This document shows positions 24,519 through 31,422 of a DNA stretch of 32,000 bases, piece by piece. A program made the position numbers and the translations under genes. Each line of letters starts with the position of its first letter. The stretch's first letter is position 1. The notes below the pieces were generated by a model that was not told the DNA's origin, searched no databases, and saw nothing but the letters and a program-made list of their open reading frames with translations. Origin of the DNA: Candidatus Iainarchaeum sp. (lineage in GTDB: Archaea; Iainarchaeota; Iainarchaeia; Iainarchaeales; GCA-2688035); assembly GCA_028713935.1 (NCBI GenBank), contig JAQTNI010000003.1, positions 17,391-49,390 of the forward strand, given 5' to 3'.

Positions 24519-25337
24519 ATGGGTAAAGATGTTCTTGCTGTTTTTGGCTCTGCTTCAGATTCAAATGTTTTTGAAGCACTGATGCTTTCCCTCAGGGAAA
24601 AAAAGATTTCTTCTGAATTGAGGATTTGCTCTGCTCACAGAACTCCAAAGGAACTTGAGCGCATTGTTTCTGAAACAAGTGCAAAAATAATAATTGCAGG
24701 TGCGGGATTGAGCGCTGCTTTGCCTGGCGCTATTGCCTCAAAAACAACAAAGCCAGTGATTGGAATTCCGATTGAAAACAATTATTCGGGTTTGGATGCA
24801 TTGCTTTCAGTGCACCAGATGCCCCCCGGAATCCCTGTTTTGGGAGTTGGGGTTAATGCAGCTGAAGAAGCTGCGCTTGCTGCGAAGCTTGCGCTGCAAA
24901 GGCATGATTCAATAAAAATAATAAAAAATTTTTATTCTGAAAAATTTGAAAAAAAATTTGTTTCCCTTACTGGGCTGCTCGGGGAATTAAATGCAAAATT
25001 TGAAATTGCGGAAAAAGCTGGAAAAATAAGGGAGAATGAAGTTGCAATTAATTTTGTTGGCCTGGATTTGGGCGAGGGAATTGCTTTGAAAGCCGGGCTT
25101 GCAATTAATGTGCCTTTGCTTGAAAAAGACTCTGCAGAAGATGCAAAACTGCTCCTGCAAAAAACAGGAAAGGGATTATGGGTTGGCCTGAACAGGCTTG
25201 AAAATGCGGGAATTGCTGCTGCTGAATTGCTTGCGATTTCAGATGAAAAAATCCTGCAAAAGCTTGCGGGGCAGAGAAAAGCGGGGGCAGAAAAGGTTGT
25301 TTCTTCTGATGCAGAACAATCAAAAAAATGGAATTGA
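24519..25337 (+). CDS. purE: N5-CAIR mutase / AIR carboxylase (PurE) with a degenerate C-terminal half-repeat
   Basis: LAVFGSASDS, CSAHRTP, IIIAGAGLSAALPG, PVIGIPI, HQMPPGIPVLGVGV (aa 1 to about 135), followed by ~135 extra aa. The tail of the extra part, GLWVGLNRLENAGIAAAELLAISDEKILQKLAGQRK, mirrors the canonical PurE C-terminal beta-alpha unit. Confidence 0.8.
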   Translation: MGKDVLAVFGSASDSNVFEALMLSLREKKISSELRICSAHRTPKELERIVSETSAKIIIAGAGLSAALPGAIASKTTKPVIGIPIENNYSGLDALLSVHQMPPGIPVLGVGVNAAEEAALAAKLALQRHDSIKIIKNFYSEKFEKKFVSLTGLLGELNAKFEIAEKAGKIRENEVAINFVGLDLGEGIALKAGLAINVPLLEKDSAEDAKLLLQKTGKGLWVGLNRLENAGIAAAELLAISDEKILQKLAGQRKAGAEKVVSSDAEQSKKWN

Positions 25338-25369
25338 ATAATTATTAAACTGAACATGCAATAATTATT
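25337..25369. repeat. Two copies of the palindromic 10-mer aataattatt upstream of purC
   Basis: Exact copies at 25337-25346 (overlapping the purE stop) and 25360-25369, spaced 23 nt start to start. The second copy is 16 nt upstream of the purC TTG start. Confidence 0.25.
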
Positions 25370-25384
25370 GTTGGGGTTGGTTTT

Positions 25385-26347
25385 TTGGGAAGCGTAAAAG
25401 ATTTGGAAATAAAAAAGCCCGCAACTGAAAAAGAAACAGGAATCGGGGTTTTCACTTTTACTGATGATTACAGTGTTTTTGATTATGGGAAAATGCCTGA
25501 CATTATTCCCTGCAAGGGAGAAGCGCTCTGCAGAATGGCTTCTTATAATTTTCAGGAATTGGAAAAGCTTGGAATAAAAAGCCATTTTAGGGGCCTGGTT
25601 TCAGGAAGCAAAATGGAAGTGGATTTGGTGCGGGTTTTGTATCCGCAAAAAGGGGAATTAAGGCAGGGAATGCGCAATTATCTTGTTCCTCTTGAAGTGA
25701 TTTACAGGAATTCCCTGCCTGAGGGAAGCAGTGTTTTCAAAAGAATTGATTCTGGAGAGCTTGACTGGAAAAGCCTTGGGCTTAAAAAAAAGCCTGTGCC
25801 TGGAGAAAAACTTTCAGAGCCGATAATGGATGTCAGCACAAAGCTTGAGGCAACAGACAGGTATCTTTCCTGGGAAGAAGCAAGAAAAATTTCTGTTTTG
25901 GATGAAAAGCAAATTGGGGAATTGAAAAAAACTGCCTTGAAAATAAACACTTTTTTGAACAAGAGGGCAAAAAAAATTGGTTTGGAGCATGCCGATGGAA
26001 AAGTTGAATTTGGAATTTCCCCCGATGGAAAATTGATTCTTCTGGATGTTGCAGGCACTCTCGATGAAGACAGGTTTTTGTTCAACGGGTTTCACATTAG
26101 CAAGCAGGTTTTGCGGGATTATTACAAAAAAACACCTTGGTATGCAATAATTGAAAGGGAAAAGGCAGAAGGGAAAGGAAAAGGCAATTATACTGTTCCC
26201 CCAGGCCTTCCAAAAGAGCTTGTTGAAATAGTCAGTGACATGTACAAAAGCGTCTGCGAAGCTTGGATTGAAAAAAAAGTGTGGAACGCACCACACATTG
26301 AAAGCATAGTGGAATCCTATAAAGGATTCATGGAAAAACAGGGATAG
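25385..26347 (+). CDS. purC: SAICAR synthetase
   Basis: GSVKDL, FTFTDDYSVFDYG, IPCKGEAL, LVPLEVIYRN, DVSTKLE, GLEHADGKVEFG, LLDVAGTLDEDR. TTG start at 25385 is forced: the in-frame stop is at 25361-25363 and there is no ATG. Confidence 0.87.
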   Translation: MGSVKDLEIKKPATEKETGIGVFTFTDDYSVFDYGKMPDIIPCKGEALCRMASYNFQELEKLGIKSHFRGLVSGSKMEVDLVRVLYPQKGELRQGMRNYLVPLEVIYRNSLPEGSSVFKRIDSGELDWKSLGLKKKPVPGEKLSEPIMDVSTKLEATDRYLSWEEARKISVLDEKQIGELKKTALKINTFLNKRAKKIGLEHADGKVEFGISPDGKLILLDVAGTLDEDRFLFNGFHISKQVLRDYYKKTPWYAIIEREKAEGKGKGNYTVPPGLPKELVEIVSDMYKSVCEAWIEKKVWNAPHIESIVESYKGFMEKQG

Positions 26348-26355
26348 ATGATTGT

Positions 26356-26751
26356 ATGGCCGGGGGAAAGCCTAAAAGAACGACTGCGAGAAGGATTGCC
26401 GAAGTGGAATTAAAATTATTGCCGAAAGGAATAATTAGACCACGGGGTTCTAATGTTTATCCCGAAACCATGGCACTGCTTAGATATAGTGGGGGAATTG
26501 CGGCTTTAAAAATAGCAAACATTGATTCCAAAAGAAATCGGGAATTGGTCAAACAAATTGCAATATTGGAGACAGAATATTGGATTTCAAAAAACCCAGC
26601 CATTTTAGCAAAGAAGGAACCAATGGAATTGAATTTGCAACTGCAAGCATTTAAAAACGGGCATGATTTTGAGCTCACTTCCCTAGGGGAAACAGGACGA
26701 TTAGTTCAACAGGTTCGGCGCATAGTAAAAGAAAAAATACAGAGTAATTAG
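26356..26751 (+). CDS. Orphan protein between purC and purB
   Basis: 131-aa ORF with ATG 26356, 8 nt after the purC stop. Basic N-terminus MAGGKPKRTTARR. No motif recognised. The SD for purB (aggtgg, 26749-26754) overlaps its stop codon. Confidence 0.5.
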   Translation: MAGGKPKRTTARRIAEVELKLLPKGIIRPRGSNVYPETMALLRYSGGIAALKIANIDSKRNRELVKQIAILETEYWISKNPAILAKKEPMELNLQLQAFKNGHDFELTSLGETGRLVQQVRRIVKEKIQSN

Positions 26752-26761
26752 GTGGTTTTGA

Positions 26762-28168
26762 ATGGATTTGTTTGACAATATCGGGCCCTTGGATTACAGG
26801 TATTATGGGAGAGACGCAAAAATTTTTGAATTGTTAAGGCCTTTTTTGTCTGAAAATGCGCGCATAAAATACCAGGCAAAAGTAGAGGCTGCTCTTGCAA
26901 AAGCTCTTGCAAAAAAAGGCATTTGTCCAGAAGAAATTGCTGAAGAAATTGAAAAAGCAAGCTTGCTGGTTACAGCTGAAGAGGTTTATGCAGAGGAAGA
27001 TAAAATAAAGCATGATGTAAGGGCGCTTGCAAACTGCATCCGCGCAAAAGTCAGCGCAAAGGCAAAGCCGTTTGTGCATTTTTCCGCAACTTCCTATGAT
27101 ATTGTTGACACTGCAAACGCGCTTCGTTTTAAAGAGTCCGCTGAACAGGCATTGCTGCCTGCTCTTTTGGCGCTTGAAAAATTGTTTATGGAAATTGCTT
27201 TAAGGGAAAAGGAAACTCTCCAGATTGGAAGGACTCATGGGCAGCATGCAGAGCCGATTACTTTTGGATTTGCAATTGCATCCTATGTGAGCAGGCTTGG
27301 AGGAAGAATAAAGGCAATTGAAACTGCAAAAAACAATCTGTGCGGAAAATTTTCAGGGGCAGTCGGGGCGTATAATGCGAGCAGCCTGTTTTTTGAAAAT
27401 CCTTTTGAATTTGAAAACGAAATAATGCGGGAGCTTGGCCTTAAAACAAGTGTTTCCAGCACCCAGATTGTTGAGGCAGAGCCTCTTGCGGATTTGATGC
27501 ATGCAATAATTTCGTGTTTTGGAGTGCTTGCAAATTTTGCGGATGACATGAGGCATTTGCAGAGAAGCGAAATTGGAGAAGTGGGAGAGACTTTTGATGC
27601 AAGGCAGGTTGGCAGCAGCACAATGCCACAGAAAAGAAACCCGATTAATTTTGAAAATGTGAAAAGCCTCTGGAAAGAATTCATGCCGAGAATGAACACT
27701 GTTTACCTTGACCAGGTTTCAGAGCATCAAAGAGACCTGACAAACAGCGCTTCGCAAAGGTTTTTGCCTGAAATGGTCGCTGCATTGTTTTTAAGCGCAA
27801 AAAGAATGGAAAAAACAGCTGGCAAAATGAGTGTTGACAGGAAAAACATGGAACAGAATTTTGCAAAAAGCAGGGGAATGCTTGTGGCTGAACCGCTTTA
27901 CATGCTGCTTGCTTTTCATGGGCATCCTGATGCGCATGAAGAAGTCAGAAAACTCACCTTGAAGGCACAGGCGGAAAAACTTTCCCTGCAGGAAATAATA
28001 AAAAAAGAGGCTTCCTTAAAACCCTTTTTAAAAAAGTTTTCAAAAAAGCAATTGGAAATAATTGAAAACCCTGAAAAATACACTGGCTTTGCAGCAAAAA
28101 AAACAGAAAAAATAATTGAACACTGGAAAAAAGAATTAAGAATAATTAAGCCAAATTTTTATTTGTAA
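26762..28168 (+). CDS. purB: Adenylosuccinate lyase
   Basis: GRTHGQHAEPITFG and the fumarate-lyase signature GSSTMPQKRNP. 468 aa. Confidence 0.92.
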   Translation: MDLFDNIGPLDYRYYGRDAKIFELLRPFLSENARIKYQAKVEAALAKALAKKGICPEEIAEEIEKASLLVTAEEVYAEEDKIKHDVRALANCIRAKVSAKAKPFVHFSATSYDIVDTANALRFKESAEQALLPALLALEKLFMEIALREKETLQIGRTHGQHAEPITFGFAIASYVSRLGGRIKAIETAKNNLCGKFSGAVGAYNASSLFFENPFEFENEIMRELGLKTSVSSTQIVEAEPLADLMHAIISCFGVLANFADDMRHLQRSEIGEVGETFDARQVGSSTMPQKRNPINFENVKSLWKEFMPRMNTVYLDQVSEHQRDLTNSASQRFLPEMVAALFLSAKRMEKTAGKMSVDRKNMEQNFAKSRGMLVAEPLYMLLAFHGHPDAHEEVRKLTLKAQAEKLSLQEIIKKEASLKPFLKKFSKKQLEIIENPEKYTGFAAKKTEKIIEHWKKELRIIKPNFYL

Positions 28169-29427
28169 AAAGGAAAAGCCTTGCAGAATTCTTTTACCTC
28201 TGCTTTTATTTCGGCTAATTTTGCTGGGTCTGATGCATTTTCAATTCCTTTTGAAATAAATTCGCCTACTTCTTTCATATGGGTTTCTTTCATGCCTCTT
28301 GTTGTGATTGCAGGAGTGCCAATTCTTATTCCGCTTGGGTCCCAGGGAGTCCTTGAATCAAAAGGAATAGTGTTCTTGTTGCAATAAATGCCTGCCAATT
28401 CCAAAGCATGCTCAACCTGTTTTCCAGTAAGGGACTTGCTCTTGAAAACATCAATAAGAATCAAATGGTTGTCTGTGCCGCCGCTTACAAGGCGAAGCCC
28501 TTTTGCAATCAGCACATCAGCAAGTGCCTTTGAGTTTTTCACTATCTGGGCAGCGTAATCCCTGAAAGAAGGCTCCAGGGCTTCTTTAAAGGCAACTGCT
28601 TTTGCAGCAATAACATGCTCATGGGGCCCTCCTTGCAGGCCTGGAAAAACAGCCTTGTCAATTTTTTCAGCAAAAGCATTTTTGCACATTATCATTGCAC
28701 TGCGCGGGCCTCTAAGGGTTTTGTGGGTTGTTGTTGTAACAACATCAAAATAAGGAACAGGATTTTCGTGGACTCCTGCAGCACACAATCCCGCAATATG
28801 CGCAATGTCAGCACAGCAATAAGCGCCCACTGCATCGCTTATTTCTCGAAAAGCCTTGAAATCAATTGCCCTTGGATAAGCAGTATAGCCTGAAAGAATC
28901 AATTTTGGCTTTGCTTCAAGAGCAAGCTTTTTTATTGCATCATAATCAAGCATTTCAGTTGTTTTGTCAACTCCATAAGAAACGCATTTGTATTGCCTGC
29001 CTGAAAAATTCACTGGATGCCCATGGGTCAGATGGCCTCCTTCAGTGAGCTTCAGCCCCATAAAAACATCCCCAAGTTCCATAAGGGCATAATACATTGC
29101 CATATTGGCAGGGGAACCGCTTAAAGGCTGGACATTCACATGCTCTGCAGTGAACAATTTTTTTGCCCTTTCAATTGCAAGGTTTTCAATTACATCAATA
29201 AACTCGTTGCCTCCGTAATAGCGCTTGCCCGGATACCCCTCAGAATACTTGTTTGTTGCAATGCTGCCAAGCGCTTCAAGAACTCCCTGGCTAACAAGGT
29301 TTTCGCTTGGAATAAGCTCTATTCCTTCCATCTGCCTCTGCTTTTCACTAATAAGGGCATTGTAAATTTCTTCATCAGCCTTTTTCAAAAATTTCAAATC
29401 TGTTTCAAAAAGAATTTTCTTTGCCAT
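28159..29427 (-). CDS. glyA: Serine hydroxymethyltransferase
   Basis: ELIPSENLVS, YPGKRYYGGNEFID, GGHLTHGH, VVTTTTHKTLRGPRSA (PLP-Lys motif). Start moved to ATG 29427 (MAKKILFE). Confidence 0.93.
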   Translation of the reverse strand: MAKKILFETDLKFLKKADEEIYNALISEKQRQMEGIELIPSENLVSQGVLEALGSIATNKYSEGYPGKRYYGGNEFIDVIENLAIERAKKLFTAEHVNVQPLSGSPANMAMYYALMELGDVFMGLKLTEGGHLTHGHPVNFSGRQYKCVSYGVDKTTEMLDYDAIKKLALEAKPKLILSGYTAYPRAIDFKAFREISDAVGAYCCADIAHIAGLCAAGVHENPVPYFDVVTTTTHKTLRGPRSAMIMCKNAFAEKIDKAVFPGLQGGPHEHVIAAKAVAFKEALEPSFRDYAAQIVKNSKALADVLIAKGLRLVSGGTDNHLILIDVFKSKSLTGKQVEHALELAGIYCNKNTIPFDSRTPWDPSGIRIGTPAITTRGMKETHMKEVGEFISKGIENASDPAKLAEIKAEVKEFCKAFPFYK

Positions 29428-29536
29428 AAAAACCACACAACCCAAAAAAAACCGTGAATAATTAAGGGCGCATTGGTATTAAAATAATTGCATTTTTTGG
29501 ATTCAAATGAAAAGAATGAGAAACAGTAGAAAAAAA

Positions 29537-29953
29537 TTATTTGCTTGTTAATTCTTTAAGCAGTTCTGTTGTGTTGAATACTTTTACTTGTGATTGTTTT
29601 TTTAGTGCTGAATCTTGTGTCCAGAGTGCACAGTTTATTTTTAGTGCTAAGGCAATGAATGGCCAGTCATCCTCATGCCCTTTTGGGCATAGTTCCAGTG
29701 CTTTTTGTTTAAGCAAACCATATTCTTCTACTGGCAGTATTGTTACATTTTCTAGTTCTAATGCTAGTGCTGTTTCGAATTCGCTTTCAGTCATTGAGCC
29801 TTTTTGCTTGAATTCTTCTTTGTGCGCCAGTATTTCAAGTGTAATGCTTTCAGGGGCAAATAATTCAAAAACTTTGGAAAACAACAGTTTTCTTGTGTCG
29901 CCTTTTCTCAGCAAAGAGGCCACGAGAATATTGGTGTCCGCTACCAGTTGCAT
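29537..29953 (-). CDS. vapC: PIN-domain toxin (VapC)
   Basis: MQLVADTNILV (Asp6), later acidic residues in HEDDWPFIALAL and LWTQDSAL. 138 aa. The ATG abuts the stop of the upstream small gene (ATG TAA ATG). Confidence 0.8.
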   Translation of the reverse strand: MQLVADTNILVASLLRKGDTRKLLFSKVFELFAPESITLEILAHKEEFKQKGSMTESEFETALALELENVTILPVEEYGLLKQKALELCPKGHEDDWPFIALALKINCALWTQDSALKKQSQVKVFNTTELLKELTSK

Positions 29954-30193
29954 TTACATCCGCTCGTTGTGCCATTTTGCAATGCCTGCTTTTATTTTTT
30001 TTGACAGTTCCGCAATATCCTTGTCTGTGGCTTTTGATTTTGATGTTAATTTATCCATTAATTCGAGTTTTGACAATTCTGTTTCAAAAGCTTTTCTTGC
30101 CACTGCTGACCAGTTCACTGTTTCAAATTTTTCCAGCTTTCCCTTCATTTCTTCAGGCACGGAAATACAAACATTAGCCAAACAAATCACCAA
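29954..30193 (-). CDS. vapB: VapB-type antitoxin (putative)
   Basis: 79-aa ORF immediately upstream of vapC. ISVPEEMKGKLEKFETVNWSAVARKAFE resembles archaeal VapB-like antitoxins. The start is uncertain (TTG 30193 or GTG 30190). A TATA-like tataaatatta lies ~25 nt upstream. Confidence 0.55.
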   Translation of the reverse strand: MVICLANVCISVPEEMKGKLEKFETVNWSAVARKAFETELSKLELMDKLTSKSKATDKDIAELSKKIKAGIAKWHNERM

Positions 30194-30278
30194 TATATTA
30201 TGTGCAAATAATATTTATAATACTTTCTTTGTGGCATGCAAAAATGGGATTTGAAAAATAGGAATTGAAATTGGAAAA

Positions 30279-30608
30279 CTATTTGGCTTTTGGTTTTCGC
30301 TTAAGCGCATTTTTTTGCTTGTCTGGCTCAGCATAATTATGCAATTCACTTCGCCTGTCCATCCAAAAAGGCCACAGCCCCCCTCTGCCTTTTTGAGGAT
30401 CTCTTAAAGATGCCCATCGAGGGTACTCTTTGGCGTCATCACTGAATCTCTGATCCAAGCTTTCTTCGGGAGGAACAAATCCAGGTTGTTCTCCTATTAT
30501 CATTCCCATCTTTGTGATGGGAATTTTACGAATTTCAAGCGGCGGAGTTGTGCGAAGACGCAAATTTTTTGTTCCAATTCTTTTTGGTCGAGGTCGATGA
30601 AAAGCCAT
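30279..30608 (-). CDS. Orphan protein with basic termini
   Basis: 109-aa ORF with ATG 30608. N-terminus MAFHRPRPKRIGTKNLRLR, C-terminus KQKNALKRKPKAK. Five of its first six Arg codons are CGN (cga, cga, aga, cgt, cgc, cgt), unlike the flanking housekeeping genes. Confidence 0.5.
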   Translation of the reverse strand: MAFHRPRPKRIGTKNLRLRTTPPLEIRKIPITKMGMIIGEQPGFVPPEESLDQRFSDDAKEYPRWASLRDPQKGRGGLWPFWMDRRSELHNYAEPDKQKNALKRKPKAK

Positions 30609-30664
30609 GCAATTTCACTAATGGATAATACAATTAGAACTATTTAAAAGTAATTATTTTGGAA

Positions 30665-31375
30665 TTATGCATTCAGCCTGAACATTTTTTTTCCGAAGAC
30701 ATATGCCTTGTCAATGTGAAGGCCTGTTGAAAAAGCGGAATCAACTTTGCTCAGGAAAGTGTTGAATCCAACATAGCTGATGCTTATTCCAAGCGCAAAG
30801 GCAGTCCTTTCAATTGCAACAATTGGAATCAGGGCAATCCATGCCTCTGCCGGCATTGGAACAGTATAAAGCCAGATAGTGCTTCCAATTGCATGCGCAG
30901 TGAAAGTGGCTCCAAAGCTTCTTGCAATAAGCCTTTTGCTGAACAATTTTGCAAAAACAGGAATAAGCCAGTATAAAGCATAAAACCAAACCTGCTGTCC
31001 AACAGGGTTAAGCCAGAACAATGCCATGCAGGCAAGCGGAACAAGCAAGCTTGCATCTTTCAGGCTTTTTTTCTGCAAATATTTTCCAAAGTAAAAAGCA
31101 CCAAACAGCATTGGAGTTAATCTGAGAAGATTTATTGGTTCAATTGCCTTGCCGCTCAAAAAAAACTCTGATGCCTGTGCAATTAAAACAGAAAGAGCGC
31201 CAAAAACAGGCCCCAAAAATCCGCCCGCAATCGGCCCGAAAAACTGGAAAAAAGTGAAACTCTGGTTCTCAGCCCCAATAATCGTGCTGAAATTTATTTT
31301 TGAGGCAATAAAAACAATTATTGCAAATGCAATTAAGAAAAAAAGCCCTTTTTTTGAAAAAAATTTTATCTGCAT
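30665..31375 (-). CDS. Integral membrane protein, possibly a BioY-like ECF S-component (tentative)
   Basis: About 6 TM helices. SFTFFQFFGPIAGGFLGPVFGALS resembles the BioY N-terminal motif (P.T.Q.F.....AG..LGP..GA.S). ATG 31375 (ORF-track TTG 31381). Confidence 0.5.
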   Translation of the reverse strand: MQIKFFSKKGLFFLIAFAIIVFIASKINFSTIIGAENQSFTFFQFFGPIAGGFLGPVFGALSVLIAQASEFFLSGKAIEPINLLRLTPMLFGAFYFGKYLQKKSLKDASLLVPLACMALFWLNPVGQQVWFYALYWLIPVFAKLFSKRLIARSFGATFTAHAIGSTIWLYTVPMPAEAWIALIPIVAIERTAFALGISISYVGFNTFLSKVDSAFSTGLHIDKAYVFGKKMFRLNA

Positions 31376-31422
31376 ATTCAAGAAGAATAATTACGACTTA
31401 TTTAAAAAACCTTTTGAAGCCT

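Noticed and set aside
24932-25585. 217-aa minus-strand ORF overlapping the purE 3' half and the purC 5' end
   Set aside because: It is antisense to two recognisable genes, spans their intergenic spacer, and has no motifs.
29428-29536. Possible riboswitch (ZTP/pfl, THF or purine) in the longest non-coding stretch, upstream of glyA
   Set aside because: I could not find the conserved cores (for example GGGUCGUGA...CCGCCUGGGC for ZTP) or any convincing GC-rich helices. The region is AT-rich promoter-like DNA. A covariance-model scan (Rfam/Infernal) would be the decisive test.
29541-30254. 237-aa plus-strand ORF covering the vapBC locus
   Set aside because: The minus-strand reading gives a canonical PIN domain and an abutting antitoxin. 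The plus-strand product is Ser/Phe-rich low complexity.
30628-30638. 11-mer atacaattaga shared between the 30279 upstream region and the RHH palindrome region (10619-10629)
   Set aside because: In 32 kb, on the order of a hundred chance 11-mer repeats are expected (about N squared over 2, divided by 4^11), and more in AT-rich DNA. This is not significant on its own.
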